From NCBI GenBank assembly GCA_965644315.1, contig CBFFRQ010000032.1, positions 186,001 to 250,000 on the forward strand: a DNA stretch of 64,000 nt. The letters run 5' to 3'. Shown piece by piece: positions 33,001 through 39,919 of the stretch. The stretch is from Caecitellus pseudoparvulus. Its lineage: Eukaryota > Protista > Bigyra: Bicosoecida. The notes beneath the pieces are model-generated. The model searched no databases. It saw nothing but the letters and a program-made list of their open reading frames with translations, and had not been told where the DNA came from. Positions within the stretch are counted from its first letter, which is position 1, and each line of letters opens with the position of its first letter. Position numbers and translations under genes: made by a program.

Positions 33001-33310
33001 GAAGCCAGACGTCTCCGTCGAAGAAGTGGACGCCGCCATCAGCAAGCTAAGTGACACGGCAAGGACTGGAACCTACGCATCCAGCCGTGTGCAGACGCCT
33101 CGAGCTGCTGCACAGGCCCGGCGTGCGAAGCGCAAGGCACTTGTGCTCGAACAAGACGCTCAGCACAACAGGAGACAGCACGCGGCGGTGAGAGAGGCCA
33201 TTGGGGCCGGAGAGAAGCAAGGGGTGCCCGAAATCACACCAGAGGGTGCCGAAGTCCTCATGGTTCCACGCGGCGTCAACCTATCACCCAGCCGCAAACA
33301 AGAAGAGTGA
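21089..33310 (+). CDS. Giant (~4,070 aa) cell-surface protein: signal peptide, Cys-rich repeats, C-type-lectin-like module, beta-helix/Pmp-like repeats, ~13 Ig-like repeats, Cys-rich stalk and multi-TM C-terminus
   Basis: Signal peptide M(LSM)GPLLLTVVMSALALQGAAG; CxxCxxG repeats; CPAGWVDFG...C; GGGIAA/FFNTSA/GGAVSC motifs; TM region with RFGFMYEG...WYESVTLIRK and FRPY...NKLE. The ORF-track start at 20288 overlaps RagC and is unlikely. Confidence 0.85.
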   Translation: MLSMGPLLLTVVMSALALQGAAGTCSCGAGQRFNHATQRCQPCAAGSARSSSSSMCEECELCPPGQRSIYPGASSCSPCQASFACPEAGTVVGVPVPLGMALKPDGKGVEPCPAGHSCTPQSGMRAAKCPKGTFSAAGAPVCSDCPAGTLAVLPGSSACEVCSGSFDWCPPGSSSSEFCMGTAQWIDSECVVQRRSDGCIYSSGVGVVQSAGFIADSAFTECTRNWGNDAWFLIIPEVSNADCGTSPVCNNISSALLHASTRSEKATQIVLAAGSAHHVALPNDILIPGQLAIHSGLLSIATDASATGASLFMPRMGYNNEPAYLTLQLPPAPDSGVRRVTLFLGKTATTLHTSALTFLQSKDAVGIFEVNADTTGAFSVPSVMTAASVDDSVKYSAKIHHQGQQIRLLAGRSFSSSSAVKDWARFASDPHVSLVVEIGESLPSTVAWDVTATVPFPLMIGSETASPSTLTLQQKHSILVESLTLSRVHVRAVALEPCARVVPQFVVSSEVNVPAGSDIAHFSVLQQTCSTTPIILFAKLPWGSVIDFRDSVLGSFGLAVVISSPAHVSILHSNVTLPPAASTPAMALDGLISLTIEDSLIASSGSVSSSIVQVSGTASVSTTRVTFDSSDALPSGIPLLSIDLDPMPAGAGAAHAHSTLGDTHVLGSARPCVSFQGPAGEHQLQSAQPNLISRPATTSVSVQYLSIAELAPDTRNRSAAVFVVAPNIDVSVDSITLLDKDLPSDFMVVEGGWAGGQQLPQGLQHHAGVVSISRMPLHGKEGPNCNVVAYSCASEHGCHGTVNVTFVEAVESTLRSLSLARVRNSRAGRGTFILPVISAKNIVVQGSYLTSQAPLLKGQPTAEVSVSDALVERSTIGTQGPSWGVWASFGGDMGACPAGWVDFGPGTSACGRPAAGPHKGLQAATDACRRLGGASLPFAVAEHKEALSLMCTSGRCLLNELDSFLSAGQLTSDRSTSSSQALYDSWKGSISFSAHTSSVGAPKRCIAIDSDDPLRLIIVSCASQFDTALCVAPAFRAGNSVVPVQSALAAPLGQTLRTNTFRNVNLHDTVITSTRPSSTWSSDQACSFAFLRGGMSTASTLDLNFDDVRLLGCSHSVASLESPGNVSIQGTFEGVHLELPGSVFEAVTHDHPPASLVGGTLGSSSHVRISGLKVRNVSASLPSALVALRVLAPPDQSPQHTEFGLQVQDIDMHGQPQSSALADLRGNSGLPGLYFQGFNFSAHALPDLSIPLIRVQHATSVHIENVSVRDVHVTGHGDTGLVHISDCLAHPSKLPSLHAPVPLQAALESMTFQNVSLAAPRGGALFAQACSSAVRGAVFRAARAFPVQDHDTVTGGVLVSGPQSYAHITSAVFVDCNATHGGGIAAEFLQHLEVSQCHFFNTSASVAGGGVSARRIGTVFVHNSSFEETTAGGESSFGSGGAVSCAGNKRTLLQTLTPITAPAQALSPETVTGTTVTVLDGAMLLANLSVIRSRAGQGASLFLDRADAPGRSAVRDLRVLSSDGNAGIFDTSNNVTFANCQVQDVDGGSPQDAVVESPATQLQWRTGTGQAAIEVLDLVPGAPHPADETPELAVLSASGVVQADDFSTTCEFQAEDEDGIALILGYSQPRIAEAGMVSLAPLQLDSLYNSTVWVYGECSLFRADDEFALLRKLPVPKLPVRSVSVNLTWAHDWTAVDATPYTAQSPSMLPEKPVLTAALVRWNGSRVGVTEAVAEGLADAEEAVRDRPLPFELQCWVDVAAASVGGSSINPATVTLAGNISLETVGNAAAFEFGVSAAEGTTLEVQGHCKGPSGEQVSTTSRFSVEIFPVLLQWELLAGDAPSASTTADPPLADPSVLKTSAMASSDSVVFALRPFPAIFHELNDRECRLSIADAEGSSSSAGVTALLRGQTTTVSRQFASGKSLAIFNNVGVQIVDADPFTQDYVVHIGAECRGSSAAYIPLLDLLEVKVRFPQPRLKPSTTMNLPVSLLPTPPGQEDVGPQPGLFVRIEAEVELTHAEILAVVASAQAGNSFEAVNSLGFDCYLLLTDSDGDESEQVAVSGADQVRLSIPLGTRTTGGPALLPLMFNLSVVGSPGEGAQVRPACEWVDTTLSVARAEASATVHVSEFVVELEHATPGTVSALRSESVGLQTPDEFLLSHAPRLVVSVLDAVSGQRKPMSMVLAGRSDLMGLMQCSMFSASTEVSLLGDTTTLVVGGNATFDRVGLGGQFGASAVANFSCSWGGDATASENGVQVLVLGFEIGGPSIGRRALQLKMMPHALRSSGAFFNPLTPPPMQCLTWSTPTGPQPLALELPCSIRIVTSWPDSTAFLMGKTSVSINASTGCLAFDELGVSAPPGAVLQLAATCDYLGLSNLDVDMGNVSIDSLKLRWTLDGELAENASLGALPVALHGHSPDEGANIPLSREVGIEALVSGPSAAYPAPREVTCSVAVNAAFHSSGALPVLLTTHGNATMHKDQWSFLLAGPLAAEAQVTLLLSFADSTDVAIPPGSRRATFSGTGLTGESSSIGALDATCSLDGSPYEVEELIFIESLDLGLSLGWGGHTTPQFFLPSTAAGTGSALIPLSPDVNVTLHAESAFAEVPSSDTLSSIELGETVSCSLDLDPKPAFNGSAFSGELLGTELVNAASVPMSGSPPAAVFSDVGISGPLGAAGLLTATCSWVSGELLHAAARTIVAVPPHRVVWAQPPSPFFLFNTELDEFSVAFEDVATGGSVPVPAFFDPAALSCSVAAVDASGSAMSMQGLTTASVLQGTHTVHFSSALSRIAFSSPESAIPLLSNVTITVQCSFNGQRLEPVSATTAVQALELAWSTAPPAESPPVSRSAGGQLKGTLDAFSVVLLNHTTHVLVQENGALCTASYVLQGTVDTKAMASATMTGGQAKFEGLYIDEPFGSNVTLRVQCEREQGGPTYSVEAAIQVAPLHILPLPPAPALQVFNHSTLQINALVVLGGGSPPWLGAAAPTRLMQPANQSDSEQARAVAAASGFFDWEGVSQPRPLDILRVSCTISIAAAPNASSLLSLAGSLSVTPSSKGEAGLTPSIVGLAGDAGELLLTCSVGSHSTSLRLFGVGLPRPALHWLVPPPSMWFPSNAQAEAPMSPVPTLEVRAESGVAMPVRDSAGGYFCDILMSTHDDRAISLLQPPDGGFQNSELGATQIALSPLMPMTGSGTLVSFTVACQRTAGDEPLTLSWETDFPLLGIEVSMPALFRILPDDEASLIFPEVQVTAVETRPGADFRPATFLSTDAVFCSVSVLAAAEGTFFTSTGPSRLPASSGRVSWIGTAGINIRGARESTGELRLACFLGSSQIGKTVVSGIKIRGCNEGEEPQVEQGRPDKCQPCDVGEYSLGGDMPCTTCPKRGVECTNGLITPSKDYFLQVKEGATQYINATSGTVLLDASSELHPCFFPNAGACLVDQDLLAYSCAPGYVGPRCGICDVNSGYARDGAVCSRCSDPAVNWLIVAAMGVALLAGLVYISQRKVTSLRDRKFDSIAGKIFMSYAQALGALGLYAAKGTATFRRIMGATEAVAAGGILGAQPITCVTNGAFNYYFMTYATFLLPAIVAVLVVLVSVGIIILKHCGSSKARAAALAAASSDHSPGDVEQQAAREAEELEEAAEQEEVSMTPREEVGSTGAANSNVSLNDAQDSDDDFTALGPGTREGESASDARKRRAVAAEAAAAADARRQLLLPLGTKLYLFIKEKQYIAVVLGILFLTYTTSTSRAFQVLDCDDETVGGVRYLAVDMATPCEGADYVLATVLSVTVLCVLGLGFPLAFARYLVSKRHKLKQRAFFMRFGFMYEGLSIDRGTFWYESVTLIRKAGIVMLASLITDPFNQIMAALFLVNFFLVLHLRFRPYAASKHNKLEMMTLICLSITQSVSMLYFRAERALAESTQEEALALEVVTTIALTLPNLACGLVCIAAVLRLGPFKHSLPDHHGDAWHAEMKLWEVTRKPDVSVEEVDAAISKLSDTARTGTYASSRVQTPRAAAQARRAKRKALVLEQDAQHNRRQHAAVREAIGAGEKQGVPEITPEGAEVLMVPRGVNLSPSRKQEE

Positions 33311-33339
33311 AGAACTTGCAGAGCAGCACGGGTTCCGCG

Positions 33340-35634
33340 TCAAGGGCTGCCATCACCCTGCAATCCAGAGAGTGCTGCCAGCGAGCCAATGACTGCAAGC
33401 CCACTTCCATACTCCTCGCCGGGTGAGCTTTCGTAAGCTGTGTCAGTGTGAGCTGCGGCTGCTCCTGCCCCGGTCTCGGCGATAACAGAGGACGTGTGCA
33501 CTGCGGTCTGCGGCCTTGCTGCATCAAATGACAGCCCTGCTTGAGCCATGAGCATCTGCGCAGCCCCAGAGTCGCGGGTAGCTGCCTTGGCTCGCCCTGC
33601 TGTTCTGCCGCGGGTGACAACGGTACATGCTGGGATGGGTGGAGGGTGTGCGGCCTGCGAGGGTAGAGCATCTGCCTTGGTGGCCTGTGGTGGGGACTCA
33701 AAGCATGCAGCGGCAGCTGCCATGGACGTGTCAGATTCTTCAGACCACGACTGTGAAGGGGGGGGGAGTCTCCCAAACTGTGACAGCCACAGCCACTCCA
33801 CACGGGAAAGGACCACTGCGCAGCGAAGGCTGTGCTGTTGGGGCGAGTCGGTAGCGTGCAACTTCCAGCAAGCTTTCAATGCACTCCGAAGAATTGACGA
33901 CAAAGGCCAGTGTTGCTGCAGCGCGACTGCCCCTTCAAACCGTCTCTGGGCGGACTCTGCCCGTTTCGCAAGGGAGCCTCGGCACGCTTGCACAGCCTGT
34001 TGAACAGTTTCGGGAACTTGCAAATCCGGAATGTTGTCCAAGAGCAAGACATCGACGCCAGGGCAGGAAGAGGCAACCCCTGGCTGACTCTCATGGGGGA
34101 GGGTGGCAGAGGTTGGCAATGCCAGGCACACTCCAGCCAGTGCCTCGGGCTCCATGACAGGGAGCTCGGCATCTGCATCTGCGCCGGCTTCGGGAGTCCT
34201 GCCCGTACCGGGCCCTTGCTGTGTCACAATCCAACCCAATGTCCAGGCAGGGAGTTGTGCGCCCGCCAGCGCGGTGGACACCGCGAGGAGCGCCTTGACA
34301 AACTGCACCTTGCTGGACAGCAACGCGCGGGAGCTCCTGGCCACCTCCTGTTCCATGGCATCTCTGTCCTGAGGTGCACTTGCAAGAGCTTGTTGGTGCG
34401 TGGAACTCTGCGATGTGCCTCCTGTCATGGCCGAAGACGTCGCTTCTTGGATGCGCTTGAGCTGGTCGAGTGCGCCTTGCAAGCGATCTGCAACAGCCTC
34501 GTGCGCCACCACGGCCTCAGCCGAGAGTAATACATGTCTCCACAATGCAGCTAGTCCAGCAGCAGCGGTCGAGGCCCGGAGCTGGAGGGCAAACGCCTCC
34601 CGGTCCGCCAGGTCTGTCACCTCTGCCACCGCACTGCCTTTCCATGCCAGGGTCAAGTTGGCCCGCTCAAACACCCACCTAGCAGCGTCAACACATGCCC
34701 ATGGCTCGCTGTGGGGCCCGACAAGTGCAAGCCAGGCTGGCACACCGCTCGCAACGGCGGCAGATGGGGGAGTATCTTCATCTGAAGAGTCGCCGTGGGA
34801 GTCACAATCCGACACGGCCTCTGCGTCGGCAGCAGCTGCTGCTGCCGCAGACGGCACAGGGGGGGCGGTATCCCATGTAGTGCCGCCTTCAAGGAGTGGC
34901 AGGGTGGGCAGGGTGGCCTTGGAGTGATAGGCCCACTCCGCTGAGCTCCCGTACAGGAGTGTGTCCCACCGGTCCCCTTTCCCTAGCGCGGCCTTCAAAG
35001 CCACAACGTCAGCTGCCGCGCGCCCAGTGTGGGAGTGCATAGCGTAGCCATGGGAAAGGAGCTGGTCGGCGCGCTCCCCTCCATCTGCGCCTAGGATCAG
35101 GCCCTGGACCCTGGACACCACTTCCTCCACCTCGGCGAGCGTCTCAGCTGGCACGCCCTCCAAGAACTTCGACGTGTGCAGCAGCAGCACTGGCTGACAG
35201 GAGTGAGGTGGTAGCTCAGCGACAAGTCGCTCCGGTTCTTGTGGCTGGGGCGCACTGGCCGCTGCTCGAGCAGCAGCAGCAGCCACGACGGCGTCCATTT
35301 CACCTTCGTCAGCGCTTTCCCAGCTGTCCAGCACGGGCTGCGAGGCAGCTGCCGCAGGCCCAGAGGAGGGAGTAGGGGAGTCCGGGGCTCGAGAAGCATG
35401 TTCCACTGGCTGCGGTGGGTTGCTGCCTGGTGCTGGGGCATCACCCCAAGCGTCCTGCACTGGCACAGCAGGTTGTGCGGAGGCATGCAGCTGAGCTTTG
35501 GCATGTTCTGCTGCTGCCGACAGTGTCCCTTTCGGAAGCTGAAACGTCGTGCCTTGGCCCACGACTTTAACAGACACGGGCTTCTTGACAATGGGGATGC
35601 TCACCCACCCCTTGCGGCCCGATGGCGTGGCCAT
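33340..35634 (-). CDS. Hypothetical protein (764 aa)
   Basis: Long ATG-initiated ORF filling the gap between neighbours, with a disordered N-terminus and a helical/coiled-coil middle; no family recognised. Confidence 0.65.
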   Translation of the reverse strand: MATPSGRKGWVSIPIVKKPVSVKVVGQGTTFQLPKGTLSAAAEHAKAQLHASAQPAVPVQDAWGDAPAPGSNPPQPVEHASRAPDSPTPSSGPAAAASQPVLDSWESADEGEMDAVVAAAAARAAASAPQPQEPERLVAELPPHSCQPVLLLHTSKFLEGVPAETLAEVEEVVSRVQGLILGADGGERADQLLSHGYAMHSHTGRAAADVVALKAALGKGDRWDTLLYGSSAEWAYHSKATLPTLPLLEGGTTWDTAPPVPSAAAAAAADAEAVSDCDSHGDSSDEDTPPSAAVASGVPAWLALVGPHSEPWACVDAARWVFERANLTLAWKGSAVAEVTDLADREAFALQLRASTAAAGLAALWRHVLLSAEAVVAHEAVADRLQGALDQLKRIQEATSSAMTGGTSQSSTHQQALASAPQDRDAMEQEVARSSRALLSSKVQFVKALLAVSTALAGAQLPAWTLGWIVTQQGPGTGRTPEAGADADAELPVMEPEALAGVCLALPTSATLPHESQPGVASSCPGVDVLLLDNIPDLQVPETVQQAVQACRGSLAKRAESAQRRFEGAVALQQHWPLSSILRSALKACWKLHATDSPQQHSLRCAVVLSRVEWLWLSQFGRLPPPSQSWSEESDTSMAAAAACFESPPQATKADALPSQAAHPPPIPACTVVTRGRTAGRAKAATRDSGAAQMLMAQAGLSFDAARPQTAVHTSSVIAETGAGAAAAHTDTAYESSPGEEYGSGLAVIGSLAALSGLQGDGSP

Positions 35635-35751
35635 GGCGGCAGCGTCTGGATGACTGCCACGTTTCGGCGGCGTTTCACCTGTGCACTGGAGCAGAAGAGC
35701 GCACCAGCGGGGCTCGGTCGGGTTTCAGAAAAAAGGTGCATTGACAGGGCA

Positions 35752-37630
35752 TCAGTAGAAGTTGTAGCCGATGCTGTCAAAAAAGTCACACTCCTCCTTG
35801 AATGTGAAGGTTTGTTCAGAGTTGGCAGGTGTGTCCAGGCGCAGGTAGCTCTGCGTGGTCATGTTGAAGGGGTGCCACGGGATGCCGGCATCGACGCCAG
35901 AGACAGGAGGCAGGGGCACACCACCAGAGGCCATGCTGGTCCAGTAGCTCTGCATGCTCATGCTGAGGTTCTGCTCGCCGGGGGTGTAGGCCAGGTTCAG
36001 GGCTGACGCGTTGGGGTGGAAGATGAAGGGCAAGTCGCCGCCGTGGCAGACGTACGGGTCACACTCCTGGAACTCGGGTCCCCACACCTCCTTGCCGAAG
36101 GACATGACGTGGTCGAAGTGGCCCACGTAGGCAGGGGCGGTCATGCCAGCCATGGCGTAGCGTGTGGGGCACACGAACAGCGCCAGAGTGCCGATGTGAG
36201 ACACCCACGGGCGAGCATCTGTCTTCATGTTGTCGGGGAGGGGGAACTGCTTCTTCACCTTGCCGCCGTTGCCGAGGAACACCACGTCCACGACCACTTC
36301 ATACTCCAGGGAGGACATGGGCTTCCCGAACGCCTCGTAGATGAAGAGCAGTGCTTCGTTGGCGACAGTGGTGGCGATGGCAGGCTTGGTCATGTCAGCC
36401 AGCTGGCCGTTGTGGAAGCCGTCGATGGGGCGGTGGGGGATGAGGGGCGTCTGCACAGTGGGCGTCCAGGGCATGAACAGCTCCAGCAGGCGGGGCCACT
36501 CATCCAGCACATCGTGCAGGGCATCCACCTGGGCCGTGACTATATCCTCCGCAGACTTGCCCATGAGACAGGCCAGCTCGGTGGCGCTGTCTCCGCCCGT
36601 GCAGTTGGCGTACTTGGTGAAGGCGGCGGCGATGGGGCCCCACGTGCCAGGCGTGCGCAGGGGCAGGGCGAGCGGCTCGGACAGCATGTACGACTTGCTG
36701 AAGAGGCCCTTGGAGGACGGCGCGACGTTGTGCAGGGCCACGGAGGCGGCGCCTGCTGACTGGCCGAAGATGTTCACGTTCTCGGGATCGCCGCCGAAGG
36801 CAGCGATGTTCTCCTTGATCCACTGCAGGGCCAGCTGCTGGTCCTGGAAGCCGAAGTTGCCCGCCAGCTGCCCCTCGCCGGTGCCAGTGTACAGGGACCC
36901 TAGCACGCCCAGGCGGTAGTTGAGGGTGACGCACACGACGTTGTGTTGAGAAGCCATGAAGGAGCAGTCGTACAGCAGGCCGCCGGAGTAGCCTGCGGGG
37001 GAGGGGGGGAAGGGTTGGTTGTCGCATGCCGACCCCTCGGCTGCCTCGCAGCGCCACTCACCCTGCTTGAAGTTGCCGCCATGGATGAACGCGACGACAG
37101 GCAGCTTGTGGGGCACGGTCTTGGGGGAAAAGATATTCAGGAAGAGGCAGTCCTCTGCGCAAACGGACGCGGAACCCCGTGCAACGCCACGGAATCCAGC
37201 GAGCGTGGTCGCCGCCCTGCCAGCCCTAGAGCTCGGCGAGGGGTCGGCATGAGACGCACCAGAGGTCACGGCAGGGCATGTGTGAGGGGGGAGGCCGCAG
37301 TCTTGAGGGCAACCAGGGGGGTCTGTGTAATGCTCGAAGCGGAAAGCGCCATGCACTCTGCGTTGCAGAAGCTGTGCGCGCTGGGCAGCCAAGTGCACTG
37401 CACTTCGTACCGGCCGTGGTTTGCTTGATGCCTGACCAGGCTGCCGCTGGCTGTGGGGCTTTCCAACGCAGTGGGCCGACTGGAGGTGCACCATATGGGA
37501 TGCTGCTCCAGACATTGGCCAGCTCAGTCTCGTACCCTTCCACCTTCCCCGTGGAGATGGTGGTGACAGGGCCAGCCCAGGCAGCTGCCACAGCAGCTGC
37601 TGCAACGAGCACGCTAAGCAGGCTGCGCAT
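35752..37630 (-). CDS. Secreted type-B carboxylesterase, copy A; introns 37323-37410, 37155-37259, 36993-37061
   Basis: Signal peptide MRSLLSVLVAAAAVAAAWA; motifs [33 protein letters not shown] and FGQSAGA (catalytic Ser); NEALLF (Glu) and CHGGDL (His). Confidence 0.92.
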
Positions 37631-37886
37631 GTCCGGCACGGTGCTTGCCAAACTTGAGCACTGGTACAGTCTGTAGGGCAGACTGTCGTCACACCGAGAG
37701 GGAACTCGGCTGCTCGTGGAGGATGGTGATTTGTCGGCAGAGCACTGGAGCTGCGGAACTTGCGGCAGCCCAAAAACCGCACTGCAGGCCAGTCTGCTCA
37801 AAACCCGAACCCCGGAATACATTTACAGCATCAAAGTGCTCTCCAAGTCGACGTTGGTTTCGTTTCACACTCGTTGCGCTGTCGCC
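37631..37886. promoter_or_regulatory. Putative bidirectional promoter between the divergent esterases
   Basis: A 256-bp gap separates the two outward-facing ATGs; inferred from position only. Confidence 0.45.
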
Positions 37887-39736
37887 ATGATGCGTCTTGC
37901 GACAGTGCTGGCTGCCGCAGCTGCTGTGGCTGAGGTTGCGGCACTTTCTGCCAATGGACTCACGGTGCAGACCACGGGCGGCACTGTGCAAGGCTACGAG
38001 ACAGACCTTGCGTATGCCTTCACAAGCATCCCCTATGCAAAGCCTCCAGTGGGGCCCCTTCGTTGGAAGAACCCTGAGCCAGCTGTGCCTTGGTCAGGCG
38101 TGTTGCAAGCCACGAGCGGTGAGCCCTGGCGCGGGCAGGGCGATGCTGCATTCCCTTTGCAACGCCGCCCGCGTCTTCCGTTCCGCAGACCCCCCTGGCT
38201 GCCCCCAAAAGTGCGATCTGCCTCCCCACACGTGCCCGACAGTGCAAAGCGGTGCGTGCAGCAGGCTACCCGAGGTGCTATGCTCGCCGCACCTTGCATG
38301 CACAAGCCCATCCTTGCTTTCAGAGGACTGCCTGTTTCTGAGCGTGTTTAGGCCCAAGAACGTCACCAGCAAGCTGCCTGTGGCCGTCTTCATGCCAGGT
38401 GCGCACTCTAGGCGTGCAGCCGCTCCGACAACGCACACGCTTGTCACCCTGTACCTTCCTTGCCACAGGCGGGGACTACAAGGTTGGCTACTCAGGCGGC
38501 GTCCTGTACGACTGCTCAGTGCTCGTGTCTGAGCAGAACTTTGTGTGCGTCACTATCAACTACCGTCTGGGCGCCCTGGGCTTCCTGTACACTGGCACAG
38601 ACGGTGACAGCATCACGGGCAACTTCGGCATGCTGGACCAACAGCTGGCCCTGCAGTGGGTGGCAAGCAACGCCGCTGCCTTCGGCGGCGACCCCGCCAA
38701 CGTGAACATCTTCGGGCAATCAGCAGGGGCGGTATCTGTGGCCCTGCACAACGTCGCGCCGTCCTCCAAGGGCCTTTTCAACCGCACCCTCATGATGTCC
38801 ATGCCCTTCTCCTTGCCCCTGCGCACGCCAGACACGTGGAAGCCCCTCGCTGACTCCTACATCAAACATGCTGGCTGCAGCACCGGCTTGATCAAGAACA
38901 TCGCCAAGGAAATTGAGTGCATTCGTGCCCTGCCAGCCGACAAGCTGGTGGAAGCGCAGGTGGCGGCGGAGCACGACATTCTCGACGAGTACAAGCGCGC
39001 TGTGGAGTTGTTCCTGCCCTGGACGCCCACGCTGGGCAGCGACCTGGTGCCTGTGTCCCCTATCGACGCCTTCCACAGCGGCCAGCTGCCAGACCCATCC
39101 AAGCCCGTCATCGCGACCACTGTGGAGAACGAGGCTGTTCTGTTTGTGTGGCAGGCCTTCACGAAGCCCATGTCTTCCCTCGAGTACGACTTGCTCGTGG
39201 ATGTCATCTTCGCAGGCAGCGGCGGCAAGGTGAAGAAGCAGTTCCCCCTCCCCGACAACATGAAGGCAGATGCTCGCCCGTGGCTGGCACACATCGCGAC
39301 GTTTGGCCTGCTGGTGTGCCCCACACGCTACGCCATGGCTGGCATGACCGCCCCTGCCTATGTGGGCCACTTCGACCACGTCATGTCCTTCGGCAAGGCC
39401 ATTTGGGGCCCCGACTACACCGAGTGTGACGACGTCGTGTGCCACGGCTCCGACCTCGTGCCGTTGTTCCGCCCAGACCCGGCCGATATCGGCGGCCAGT
39501 ACACCCCTGCAGAGGTGGCGCTGAGCCAGAGCATGCAGACCTATGCAGGCAGCTTCTTCCACGATGGGGTGCCAGCGCCACCCGCCACCGGCGTGGACGC
39601 AGGGCTGACCTGGCCTCGCTTCAACATGACGCAGCAGATGTACATGCAGTACCAGACCCCTGCCAATGTGCAGACAAGCCACACGTACGAGACGGAGTGC
39701 GGGTTCTTCGACTCCATCGGATACCACTTCTACTAA
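37887..39736 (+). CDS. Secreted type-B carboxylesterase, copy B; introns 38119-38188, 38252-38323, 38399-38468
   Basis: Signal peptide [19 protein letters not shown]; motifs [41 protein letters not shown] and CHGSDL. Colinear paralog of copy A. Confidence 0.92.
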
Positions 39737-39919
39737 ACACGCAGCCACTCGCTGCCCGACTCCTATGGGCGGCCGGCCACACATCGGCCGCCCTGTCAAA
39801 ATGCAGCGAGTTCACTGTGCGACTGCACCTGCTTTCGCCACACGGCCCTCGTGTGTTCAGCGAGATTTCCCCCCGCTGTGCTCGGACTCCCGCGTGCTGT
39901 GCCGCGCATCGTGCACGGT

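Noticed and set aside
37631-37782. ORF-track start of esterase A and its odd N-terminal 'insertions'
   Set aside because: These are read-through of introns; the spliced model from ATG 37630 restores the family motifs.
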